NCBI RefSeq assembly: GCF_964355755.1
Contig: NC_092680.1
Coordinates: 20,159,045 to 20,223,044 of the forward strand
Length of the DNA: 64,000 nt
Direction of reading: 5' to 3'
DNA from: Antedon mediterranea
Taxonomy: Eukaryota > Animalia > Echinodermata
Below the pieces are notes generated by a model that was not told the DNA's origin, searched no databases, and worked only from the letters and a program-made list of their open reading frames with translations. The translations under genes and the position numbers were made by a program. This document shows, in pieces, positions 26,649 to 38,693 of this stretch (its first letter is position 1; each line of letters begins with the position of its first letter).

Positions 26649-27410
26649 GTAAATAACATAATGTTAGCAATAAATGAGTTTATACCAAATAGCAGTTACT
26701 AAAACAGCATTTATTTTAGATTATGAAGAAACATGAGATAATTAATCTTATTTATCTTTAGTATGCAGTTTATGTATAATTATTACAGTAAGCAAACAAT
26801 ACTAAGCAGAAGTTTAACTTAATATTTTGCTGTATCTGCTGCAAAATGCATACAGAAAGTTTTGTTTTCAAGTTTTATATCAACAAAATATTCTGTTTGC
26901 AATAAATGAGTTTATACAAAATAAGATTACTTATGAAGAAACCATTAAACTTATTTATCTTCTGGTATGTAGTTTATGTTTTTACATAAAGCAAATATAA
27001 TTATTACAGTAAGCAAACAAGACTAAACAGAATTAGTTTATTAAATTTAATAATATCCGTGTATATGCTGCAAAATGCAAAACAAAAAGTAATGTTTTAA
27101 AGTCTTTTATAAACAACAAAACTATTCTGTAGGAATTCTGCATTGATCTATTTCGGCTCACAAAAGCAATAGTAAATAACATATCTTATATATCTAGCAA
27201 TTAAAATAGCATTAGTTAATATAGATTACTCATGAACTTTATTTGATAAGCTAATTTATCCTCTGGTGTGTAGTTTATGTATAATTATAGTAAACACACA
27301 TTACTGAGCAGAAGTTTTTAATATGTGCGGCAAACAGACATTTACATTTTATATAAACAAAAAAAGCTATTTCGCAGAAATTCTGCATTGGTCTATGTCA
27401 GCTCATCAAA
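26649..27410. repeat. Degenerate tandem triplication, about 250-270 bp unit, between Ig copies D and E
   Basis: Recurrent blocks gcaataaatgagtttatac, tagtttatgtataattat, agtaagcaaacaa and ctgcaaaatgca. Confidence 0.65.
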
Positions 27411-27593
27411 AAAGAGATACATTAAATACTGCCTGCTTAGAGGTGCACTATAACATTTGAGGTCCCCCAAGTGAAATTATATTTTTCAAGTGATTATATT
27501 TTCCCCAAGCACATACAGAATTTCAGAGAGTGAAATTATACTTTTCTCAAGGGACTATATTTTCCCCAAGCATGGTATTGAGGTTGACTATAA

Positions 27594-28595
27594 CTATAAA
27601 TTTATTTCAGACAATTCAATTGCATTGTTTTCTGGATTTATTTGAGGTGGAATTTTAATTTTACCAAAAAGACAATAAAAATAAACTATCAGTATTATGC
27701 AAAGTATTATTATTATGATTAATAAAAAAATAATCCATCCATTGTTACATTCACATGTGTACTTATCAGCATTGTCATCTGTTTTATTGTCTGTTGTCTC
27801 ATCATCAGTTGTTTCCTCCTCTTGTTTACCTGTTGTTGTTTCTGTACTTATCTTGGAGACAGTGACTTCTTCTGTGTCTAGAGTTGCTGTCTCGTCCATC
27901 ACCCTATCATCTATTTTGTCAGTGGTTGTTGATGACTGAATGACAAGACTCTTGTTGCAATACCGAGCATCACTAGAAATTTTATAGTTAAATATTTTGC
28001 AAATTATCTTTGTATTAAGATCTGGATCTGCTTGAACCTCCTCTGATATAGCCCATAAATGTGTAACATTACCACATTGACATGTAGTGTTTAAAGTTTT
28101 AGGTCTTTCATCATCAAGATATTCATTAAATTCTATGATATCAGGAGGCCACTTGTTCTCTGTGATACAAGTCATATACACCATCTCACATTGCTCATAT
28201 ACTGACTTTGACAACTCACAGATAGGAGGTTGTCTTGTGATTTCAAATACTGTTAACCAAGCTTTATCTGAAAACTCACCATGAACCTTGCATTGGTAGT
28301 ATCCTTTATCCTTACGTTCCACATTATAGATTTGAATGGTGTATTTAGCATAAGTTGTTTCGTTTTTAAATATATACTTTGCATCAGTAGGCTCAATCAT
28401 ATTGTTGTCCTTCCACCATATTACATTTTGTAATTGAACTTCAGAAATGCGATCAGTTAAAATGCATGTAAATGTAGCAGTGTTTCCTTCTATTACTGTT
28501 TCATTACCTGGTGGTGATAAAAATACCTCACTCTCACCATTAACTGCCAATGTCATACAGAATATGATTGTTGTAAAACTGTACATTTTCACCAT
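27594..28595 (-). CDS. Ig receptor copy E: signal peptide, 2 Ig domains, Thr/acidic stalk, CEC, TM, short tail
   Basis: Intact ORF; likely start MVKMYSFTTIIFCMTLAVNGE; WWKD and DKGYYQC motifs; TM WIIFLLIIIIILCIILIVYFYCLF. Confidence 0.85.
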   Translation of the reverse strand: MVKMYSFTTIIFCMTLAVNGESEVFLSPPGNETVIEGNTATFTCILTDRISEVQLQNVIWWKDNNMIEPTDAKYIFKNETTYAKYTIQIYNVERKDKGYYQCKVHGEFSDKAWLTVFEITRQPPICELSKSVYEQCEMVYMTCITENKWPPDIIEFNEYLDDERPKTLNTTCQCGNVTHLWAISEEVQADPDLNTKIICKIFNYKISSDARYCNKSLVIQSSTTTDKIDDRVMDETATLDTEEVTVSKISTETTTGKQEEETTDDETTDNKTDDNADKYTCECNNGWIIFLLIIIIILCIILIVYFYCLFGKIKIPPQINPENNAIELSEINL

Positions 28596-28709
28596 TGATA
28601 CGACAAACACATGATATTCTGACTTTGATGTTTGCAATTCACACAGTTAACACAAGCAGTATGTCAGACCTTTTCATAGAAGTTACCGATACAAAAACAG
28701 TATGTATAG

Positions 28710-30949
28710 CATGGAGTAAAGAATAAGAGGAGACACAACTTGAATAGTTCAGTCAGTTCATCGTGTTTCCCGCTTGCTTAAGGCTATGCTTGTAATGAGT
28801 ATTTAATAGGTGCTAAACACTGCCGTTACGTAACCCAATTAGCAAAGATTACAATGTTTTACTGCCCGCGGTCAATTTTGGTGTTAGTACACATGCGTAT
28901 TAGGACGTCACAATACTCTTGCTAGGCGATGTGTGCGTTCAAACGTGAAAGGTGTACTATACTGTTTGTAGACCTACTGAACTTGTATTCCGACCTTGTT
29001 TATTAATTTTTATAAAAAGCAGCGCTATTCTACTGGATATCTTTTATTAATAAATTAATAATACGAGTTTTATACGGCACCAATAAAGGAATTATATTTA
29101 TATGGTTTACTGTGTACTAAATGTTGGTAATTTCTCCAGACAACTTATCATGAATCATGATTCACCAGTGGTGGTGCCAGCGGGGGGCTACGGGGGCTGT
29201 ATCCCCTCCCTTCCCCCGTCTGGGAAACGCGAGTACTTTTCGTCGGGGAATATAATATACAGTAAAAAAAAATCATTCGCGTTCACTTCGTATAACTTCA
29301 GCGCCTAGAAAAACCGCGACGTTCCATTTTTTTTAGTACGTTGGAGCGGAGAGCTATTGCACTTTGCATGCCAGCGATCTAATAAACAATGAATAGGTAT
29401 ACGCACTTGTCTGGCGGTTCCCCTTTGTACGAATTGTTTAACATTGGACCTGCTCCATTGCGGTTTACGTGTGATATCATGTTCCATCCAGGGACCAGAA
29501 TGTGTACTGTACTAGTTACTTTCCAGGCGAAGTTTACAGCTGCGTCAGTCGTGATCGACGTACGCAATACAGCAAAAGGGTACGAATAATGTTGGCGATC
29601 TATTGTTCGTATGTCCGATTTTTTAATTTTACGATTAACCGCTATGTACCGAACTGTACATAATCCTTTTAAACAATGGCTTATAATTACAAAAGAGCAT
29701 AGACTATATTTGTACAGTAATTGAATTTTTAACGAACACATATAATTTGTAGTTGTTGTTACGTGTTGATACTAAACGAATATTCTCGTAGTACCATTTT
29801 ATACCATATTATATAATAACGACCAACCGAAAACTAAAACTAATTGATTAATTTCTTCTTTGATAAAATATTACTACTATTTCTAACGTTATTGCAATTA
29901 TTAATATATAAATATAGACCTACATAAAAAAACCTATTATTATTATTGATATTGTTTATTTTTACTATAAGGCGCGCCTATGCCTGAACCTATTAGGCCT
30001 ACCGGTTACGATATGCACTAAATATGTCCATCATTATGGGATTAAATATTCTTATTTAGTTAGGCTATTTATTAAATAATAATATATTACGAACTGAGGC
30101 CTACTATGTAGTAGGCCTATGTGTAGCCACAAATCGTTAAACGATATATAATTTAGTCCTACAATTTCACTGAACTCTAAGTATGTGATCGTAAAAATCA
30201 TATATTTTATGATATTAATATCATAAATAATTTAATTATACAATATCAGACTAAAATAGAAGAATTTTAGTTTTGCTAAACGGTCATAATATAGACTGTA
30301 ACATAAATTAAATGTCATATACTGTAATAAAAATAAGAAATTGTGTCGTTGGAATTCTAATATACGTATATTTTTGAATATTCATGAGAACAAATTACAT
30401 AATTTTTTTCATGCGCGCATTTGCGCGCACTAAAATATGATTTTAAAATAAGTTGGAGTCTTTAATATGCTACAAAATGCACTAGGGTTCGTAAATTAAA
30501 AAGTTGCTTAAACGGTCAAATTTCGATTTACCAAATGATACGTCTATGGCTTGATAAAAAATATGATTAATTTGTTAGCTGGTATAAAAACTGCGATATC
30601 TCCGTGAAAATTTACTCGATTTTTAAACGGTTTTTTTGAGAAAAAAGCTCAAAGAACAATGAACAACTGCACAAAGGTCATGCTTCACTATGATGTATTA
30701 GAAACTACTGCGCATGCCTCTGTTTACTTTTCTTGTCACCGATGTCATGCCTGGCTTCTTCCTTAATTAGGGTGTTACGTAATCAGAGCCGACTCTGCAG
30801 CGAGCTGCACGAGTAAACAGGATGTTCTTCAAAGGATCGTTATGGGAAGTTTATTACCCTATGCTTAAGCACTACCGCACAGCGTGATACTAATTGGATT
30901 AACTGGATAGCTAGGCCGTGTTGTGCCTCCTCTTATTCTTTACTCCATG
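28710..30949. mobile_element. Non-autonomous P-element-like transposon with 8-bp TSD (ATGTATAG)
   Basis: CATGGAGTAAAGAATAAGAGGAG at 28710 and its reverse complement ending at 30949; atgtatag on both flanks. Confidence 0.82.
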
Positions 30950-31809
30950 ATGTATAGTCATGCATCTTAGCAACAACCAATCCAACGATGTAGCGTTTTA
31001 CTACCAGTACCATTAGATTAGATAAAATCAATAGAACTTTAAAATATCATTACTTACATCATATAAAAAGAATAGTTTAAATTAGGTATATATCATAAAA
31101 ACACGATCTATCTACGATTAATCATGATTAAAACACGTCACCATAACATAAACATTATTAATTTTTGTTCCGACACTGACTTGACAAGCATAACAATGTT
31201 TTGGGTTTATTCAGCTAAAGACTGGGATGATGGGCTTTCGAGTAGAGTGTCTGTCACTATCTTTACGTAGCCATCTTTGTTTATATTTTCCTGCAGGTAT
31301 TGTTATTTGTATTGTACTTGCCTGAATAAGGGTTAGATAATAGAGCTGTGTATGATTTTATATACCATAGTAATAATCCATAATAATTATATATATTTTC
31401 TTGTAAGTAAATTCACCATGATAGCAACTGAATGTAGAAATAAAACCTATGCCTATAGAAGACAATAATTTCTTTTGAATTTATTATTATTCAATCAATA
31501 TTCCCCAGGCCATTGTTACAATGGTAGGCCATGTAGCAGATACGCTATACATAATAATAGTTACAGAAAATGAAAAAAAAAAAATGAAAATTTACTAAGT
31601 TATATTACATACTTGAATGACTTATCAGTTTTAAAAAACATTTAAAGACTTTTTTAAATTTTAACCAATGCTATGACAGTATGTGGAGTGGCGCTGATTA
31701 TGAGCTTATCATAAAATTGGGCGCTATATCAATGTTAATGATGTATGCTTTACGTTCTTATATTTTTTATCATATGTAAAAGCTATTGTAAATTAGGCAC
31801 TTGTACATA

Positions 31810-31908
31810 AAATGATTGCTGTAAAAATGTACATTTCCACCATTGATATGACAAGCACAAGATTCTTTGTCAGACCTTTTCATAGTTACTGATAAAGAAA
31901 GCAGTATA
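31810..31908 (-). pseudogene. Relic of the 5' end/signal peptide of an A/E-type Ig gene
   Basis: Matches 28563-28703 (atgattgctgtaaaaatgtacatttccaccattgata...gtcagaccttttcatag). Confidence 0.6.
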
Positions 31909-31911
31909 CTT

Positions 31912-32235
31912 GCGCTTGTTTGGCTACTCTGTATGTATAATCATAAAACTCTTCGCGATCTGTGTGAGAAAACCTTCTCAACCGTGACGAGTTGTAAACA
32001 ATTCTAATTAGCATAATGCATACTCGTGGTTTGAAATCTTTGTTTACTTTTGCTCGCGACGATTTTCCAGACCAAATATAATCAAATTAATTTACCTGTT
32101 AATTACGTAAACTTTTTGTTTTTGGTTCGAATTTTCAACTTAAAGTGAATAACTTTAATATTACTTTGATATGGCTAATTTAAATTTAGAATATTTTGAC
32201 CTTTATTTTTTGTGTTTCAAGGGACAATACATCTG
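31912..32235. mobile_element. Truncated copy of the Kolobok-like MITE at 48333-48860
   Basis: Near-identical to 48542-48860 and ends in gggacaatacatct. Confidence 0.75.
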
Positions 32236-33031
32236 TACTGTATTTTTATAGCAGTGCCGGTAGATTTATTTTTTTTTCTTACAGTGAAAACTCACCATAG
32301 GCTGTATAACATGTAAAAGCTGAACCAATTATCTATACAAAACACCGAAGTAATATTACATAACCAAAATATTTGTTTAAAACTAATGAAATATAAATAA
32401 ATAATACAGGTCATGTTTTGGCAGGTTATCGGGTTGGCGGCTGGCCATCTATCGTATAAAGCAGAAATGGGTTCAACTGTATTATAGGTGTTGGCCATTG
32501 TTGGTTTCTTCATTCAATTCAATTCAATTCAAATTTTTTGATAGTAATTGTTTTATCTCCTTTGTGGAAGTATTTATCTTCATATTAACAAAAACTAACT
32601 GTACTAATAGGCATATTAGTACTGTTATGAATACGCCAATATTCCATCCATTGTTACATTCACATGCACTATACACAGGCCCGTAGCCAGAATGCATCAG
32701 AGGGGGGTTTTCTTGACACCAAGTATTTTGCGAGCGCAGCGAGCAACTGTAGGCTGGGGGCCAGGGGGCCGCCAAGGGCCCCCCCGGTGGGGGTCCAGGG
32801 GGCGAAGTCCCCTGGAAGCTTTGGCTCTCAGAGCAATTTCGGTTGTTTTAATAAGCTTACAGAGACATTTTTTACCTACTAAAATCTGAGTTATGCAGAG
32901 AAATTATATAGTACAGTATTATGGAAGTTAGTAGTACTGATCATGAAATACAGCTTTATTGTTGCAAAAAAGTATATTATATTAGGCCCTTAAATAATTT
33001 CTTATCCTATAAACATAAAAAACAAAGAATA

Positions 33032-34993
33032 CCGTATATTTCGGTGTACAAGTCGCACCTGTGTATAAGACGCACCCATAACGGAGACTGAAATATTAGT
33101 ATTTATGTAGTCGATGCATAAGACGCACTTATTTCTAGGCCGAAATTTAAACATTTTACAATCAAAACAATGGTATTTTAATAATAAAACAACGATATTT
33201 GAGACATATTTATTAGAATCAAATGATATAATTTTGTTTGATTGCCTTTATTACATCGTAATCAGTCTCTACTTCAACTACTACTACTACTTAAACTGAA
33301 CATTCAATGAAAAGGGAAATCCCCATATTGTTTCAGTTACGATGCACTGTGTGGGTAGGGCTAGCCTATGTCATTTAAGTAACTTTAATTTCATATTATT
33401 TAAATATATACCTTCTTATTGTGTGTATGACCATTATAAGATCAATCCAAATGATGTTCAGTTTTTTGGGCTGATAATGAACCAGGAATTTCCATGCATG
33501 CATTACAGCAATATGAGGAGAAAAGAACACTAACCATTAGTCTGGGCTCCAGACGGAGTTTTTTCTTAATATTAGTAAAAATATAAATATTTTTGCACAT
33601 ATGGCGTTTCATACGTGTATTACTTGAGTTTGGATACTCCGTCTGGGGAAACACGCAAATGTCACGTGGTTTGACACCAAGAATTCTTGGTGCATAGATT
33701 ATCCGGTTGACTAGTTTCAGCTGCATGCGATTGGCTACTCACTCATACACTGTTTTAATATTCATATTTCAGAATTTCAAGCGCATGCGCTATGTTACGT
33801 TTAGACAATATGTACTTTGGGTACATTGATGAAAGTTTCTGAAGGCTAGAAAGGATTTTATATGGATCATTTAATCAGGGAGATGTAATTTACATCTCCC
33901 TGATTTAATATTACGCGGAGATAATTTGATTTAATTCCCACCCAGACCTGTCCTGTTCTGTGTAGTGGTGTAGCCCTGTTGTGTGTGAATCCTGTTGTGT
34001 GCCGGTGGTGGTATTATGTAGGCCTACCTTATTGGCGTTTTATTTGGCAGGTCATACGTGCGCGTTGAGTAGGACCTACGAAGGAGGCATAGGCTAAGGA
34101 CTAAACAATTAATAAACAAAACAACTTGGCAACACGATTTCATATTTTAACAGTCTCGATCGTACATTCAGCACTGTACGTTGGCCTACTCGATCTTTTT
34201 CATTTTGAAACAAAATGATCATTGGTTGATTCGAAATCCATATTTACATACCGCCCGCCCCATATAGCCAAATACGGTATGATAACCTACGTCATTCTTA
34301 TCGGATGTTTGCGGTCTGCAAATCGATTTCTATACGTGTTTCACAAGTCTGTATTTTCGCGGTCGAAATAAAAACAAATAAATTTTTAAAAAAACAATAC
34401 AGACTTGGGGCAAGTCTAACTAACCATGTGCTCCTTGCCTGGTGGCCAGCACTGTTGGCCATATACACTATGAGATTAGGGGAAGCTACTTAACACAATA
34501 ACAACACACTCTTTTAGATATCGCTTGACATACGAACTATTGCCTACATGATTATAAAATTATGTGATTGTTGACATAGAGATGTAATAAAAATAAACCA
34601 CCGTGATCAAGGGAAATAGTTATTGTGTAATTAAAATGTGACACCACCGTAATTAATGGACTCTTCCATAAATGTGTTGCGCTGTGATGCTGCATGCTGC
34701 TAGTACACACCCGCGAGTTCAGAGGGTATTACTAGGCCTGGGTAGAATATCTAATGCGTACTGTAATATTAATTAATACAGTCGAGGATGACAATTTACC
34801 TTAACTAAAAATTCAATAAACTTGTTACCACACTGTGGTTAGACAGGAGTGAGTAACTAGCGAGGCCTACATTGCAGAGTAGTACACTATTTTTAATTAA
34901 TTTAAATATTAGTAGGTAATTAAATTAATTAGGGTAACATTTAGAGGTCAAATTTGCGTGTCAAAAGTGCGTCTTATACACCGAAATATACGG
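33032..34993. mobile_element. Nested Tc1/mariner-pogo-like non-autonomous element with TA TSD; counterpart at 36082-37177
   Basis: ta|CCGTATATTTCGGTGTA ... TACACCGAAATATACGG|ta, at the same position in both host copies. Confidence 0.8.
33876..33902. mobile_element. Probable P-element excision footprint
   Basis: atttaat|CAGGGAGATGTAA-T-TTACATCTCCCTG|atttaat (7-bp direct repeat around 13-bp inverted arms). Confidence 0.7.
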
Positions 34994-35617
34994 TAGGCCT
35001 ACGTACACGTACCAATTTAACTCAACACCATTTTTATTCAAGTTTACACAGTGAAATTCTTTGGTTTAATGAAAAATATTTCCAGGAAAAAAATTAAAAT
35101 CCCCAAAAAGATTGAACTGAACTGAACGTGATCTTATGCGTTCCGAAAAACCCGGCCGAAGCACGCGATTGGTCAGTCCATTTTTCTGTCATATTTATAA
35201 CCATCATCTCTCAACAATCTCTCGATCTCACGCTCAGCAGTGACTTTGACATCGGACAATCTGTATATTCGATCGATTTAAACATAGTCAATAGAAGTAA
35301 AATGACCAAAAAATCTGCTATAATTGATAATTAATTGCACGATTTTGGAAGTGGGGCCTTTTTTTTTCAAGGGGGGTTCGCTGGTAAAAGGGGGGTTCGC
35401 GCAAAAGGGGGGGTTCGCCCGAACCCCAAAAAACCCCCCTGGCTACGGGCCTGATACATAATAACATCATCCTCCAATTTTTCTGTCGTTGTTTCAGTCG
35501 TTTTCTCTGTAGCAGTGACATCATCTTCTACTTGTAGAATTATTTTATTTGTAGTTGTTTTTTTTAATATATCAGCCAGGCCACAAGTCAGTGGCCTCTC
35601 TCTTTCTTCATACACTT

Positions 35618-37469
35618 CAGGCCCGTAGCCAGGGGGGTTTTTTGGGGTTCGGGCGAACCCCCCCTTTTGCGCGAACCCCCCTTTTACCAGCGAACCCCCC
35701 TTGAAAAACAAAGGCCCCACTTCCAAAATCGTGCAATTAATTATCAATTATAGCAGATTTTTTGGTCATTTTACTTCTATTGACTATGTTTAAATCGATC
35801 GAATATACAGATTGTCCGATGTCAAAGTCACTGCTGAGCGTGAGATCGAGAGATTGTTGAGAGATGATGGTTATAAATATGACAGAAAAATGGACTGACC
35901 AATCGCGTGCTTCGGCCGGGCTTCGGAACGCACAAGATCACGTTCAGTTCAGTTCAATCTTTTTGGGGATTTTTATTTTTTTCCTGGAAATATTTTTCAT
36001 TAAACCAAAGAATTTCACTGTTTAGGCCTAATCTTGAATAAAAATGGTGCTGAGTTAAATTGGTACGTGTACGTAGGCCTACCGTATATTTCGGTGTATA
36101 AGACGCACTTTTGACACGCAAATTTGACCTCTAAATGTAACCCTAATTAATTTAATTACCTACTAATACTTAAATTAATTAAAAATAGTGTAGGCCTACT
36201 ACTCTGCAATGTAGGCCTAGCTAGTTACTCACTCCTGTCTAACCACAGTGTGGTAACAAGTTTATTGAATTTTTAGTTAAGGTAAATTGTCATCCTCGAC
36301 TGTATTAATTAATATTACAGTACGCATTAGATATTCTACCCAGGCCTAGCAATACCCTCTGAACTCGCGGGTGTGTACTAGCAGCATGCAGCATCACAGC
36401 GCAACACATTTATGGAAGAGTCCATTAATTACGGTGGTGTCACATTTTAATTACACAATAACTATTTCCCTTGATCACGGTGGTTTATTTTTATTACATC
36501 TCTATGTCAACAATCACATAATTTTATAATCATGTAGTCAATAGTTCGTATGTCAAGCGATATCTAAAAGAGTGTGTTGTTATTGTGTTAAGTAGCTTCC
36601 CCTAATCTTATAGTGTAATGGCCAACAGTGCTGGCCACCAGGCAAGGAGCACATGGTTAGTGCTCTCTCCTCATATTATTGCTGTAATGCATGCATGGAA
36701 ATAGGAAAGATTTTCATATAGGCCTACCCAACATGATATTCCTGGTTCATTATCAGCCCAAAAAACTGAACATCATTTGGATTGATTTTATAATGGTCAT
36801 ACACACAATAAGAAGGTATATATTTAAATAATATGAAATTAAAGTTACTTAAATAGACTTAGGCTAGCCCTACCCACACAGTGCATCGTAACTGAAACAA
36901 TATGGGGATTTCCCTTTTCATTGAACGTTCAGTTGAAGTAGAGACTGATTACGATGTAATAAAGGCAATCAAACAAAATTATATCATTTGATTCTAATAT
37001 GTCTCAAATATCGTTATTTTATTATTAAAATACCATTGTTTTGATTGTAAAATGTTTAAATTTCGGCCTAGAAATAAGTGCGTCTTATGCATCGACTACA
37101 TAAAAAATACTAATATTTCAGTCTCCGTTATGGGTGCGTCTTATACACAGGTGCGACTTGTACACCGAAATATACGGTACTATTTGTTTTTTATGTTTAT
37201 AGGATAAGAAATTACTTAAGGGCCTAATATAATATACTTTTTTGCAACAATAAAGCTGTATTTCATGATCAGTACTACTAACTTCCATACTGTAGGCCTA
37301 CTATATAATTTCTCTGCATAACCCAGATTTTAGTAGGTAAAAAATGTCTCTGTAAGCTTATTAAAACAACCAAAATTGCTCTGGCCCCCAGCCTACAGTT
37401 GCTCGCTGCGCTCGCAAAATACTTGGTGTCAAGAAAACCCCCCTCTGATGCATTCTGGCTACGGGCCTG
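35618..37469 (-). mobile_element. Same TIR element, copy 2, inverted and internally deleted, 5-bp TSD CACTT
   Basis: cactt|CAGGCCCGTAGCCAG ... CTGGCTACGGGCCTG|cactt; reverse complement of copy 1 lacking about 0.9 kb. Confidence 0.9.
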
Positions 37470-38693
37470 CACTTCTATTGACATTAGCCGACAATGCTCA
37501 CCGTTGGTTTCAATTACTGTTAGCCATGCTTCTTTAGATACTTCTGCTTCTCCATTCTTCCAAACTTTACATTGATAATAGCCTTGATCTGTACATTTTA
37601 CTTCATCTATTTCCAAAATAGTTTTGCGTTGATCATACATCACATTGAAATGTTCATCTGGTGTAATAGTTGTACCATTTTTCAGCCACTCACACTTTTC
37701 AGGTACCTCATTCAAAGGGCATGTAAACTTGGTGTCCGCATTCCCTTCATAAACCGGTTTTTCATGACTTTCTGGTCCTCGATCAAGAAGTTGTCCACCA
37801 ACATTCACAAATAAATGTACAAAATTAAACAAATTGTAGGACAGTCAAATATAAACATACTTGTGATTTCTGGTAGTTGTATTGTAGTAAAGTTTTTAGC
37901 TGTGTTATGTTCCTTGACAACACTCAGCAGCAACTCGCATCATTGATGCCATTGTTTGTAATACAATATTCTTTTGAATTTATTAGTCAGACTTCTACCA
38001 TATGCCAAAATGTATAGAATATGGTTCAGTAAACAGTTTATTGAAATATTTGCTGACTGTATTTCCCACAGGATTCATCTAAGGTTATCAAACTTACTAT
38101 TTTTTTGTTAATTACTTTTAATCACATTTTATCTTCAGGCCTATAAAATGTAAAAAAGTTATTAAGTGATATTTTACAAAACAAAATACTGATGTACTTT
38201 TTTGACTTTACAAACTTTTAAAGTTATTTTTTTTTTTTTTGCATGGCCAGTAGTTACTAGTTTCTAGACCAATTCTACTTAATATTTGTAAAAACAACCA
38301 CATTTTGGCACACATGGCATGTCATAAATTGGGCTTCCAGTTCTGAACAATAATCAAAACGCCAGCTAACCAGTGACACTCATTAAAGAATACTAAACAA
38401 TGTAAAACTAGACTTATTGCAAGTCTATGTCAGTAAAAATTTCTAACATAGTGTGACATAAAGATCAAAAAGGTCCATCAGTTGTGTAGTCTTTTTATTT
38501 TATATATCATACACCACAATTTGTTATTCATTACATTATGTGTATTCAATTCAAATTACAGTTAATGTCTAAAATTAAAATAAGAATTAAAAGGAACATT
38601 TTCAACTCCATCACAAGCTCAACGATTCTAATAAATAGATTTATTTAACACAAATCAAGATCAAACATAATAGGCCATTAGAATTTAAGTTAA

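Larger units (their letters stand above)
32676..35453 (+). mobile_element. Non-autonomous TIR element (CAGGCCCGTAGCCAG), copy 1, 5-bp TSD ATACA
   Basis: ataca|CAGGCCCGTAGCCAG ... CTGGCTACGGGCCTG|ataca. Confidence 0.9.
32524..37858 (-). pseudogene. Ig receptor copy F, split by two transposon insertions
   Basis: Segments 37858-37470, 35617-35454 and 32675-32524 join in frame once the elements and one copy of each TSD are removed (...MSIEV|YEERE...DDVIMY|SACECNNGWNIGVFITVLICLLVQLVF...). There is a 1-nt frameshift in the signal peptide, and most of Ig domain 2 is deleted. Confidence 0.85.

Noticed and set aside
29305-29741. Possible transposase remnant (SITTDAAVNF, IHCL) inside the P-like element
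   Set aside because: Short, frame-broken and not confidently assignable by eye.
32676-37469. Single giant foldback element or assembly-induced inverted duplication
   Set aside because: Each arm has its own TIR pair and a different TSD, the arms differ by indels, and the spacer is Ig coding sequence.
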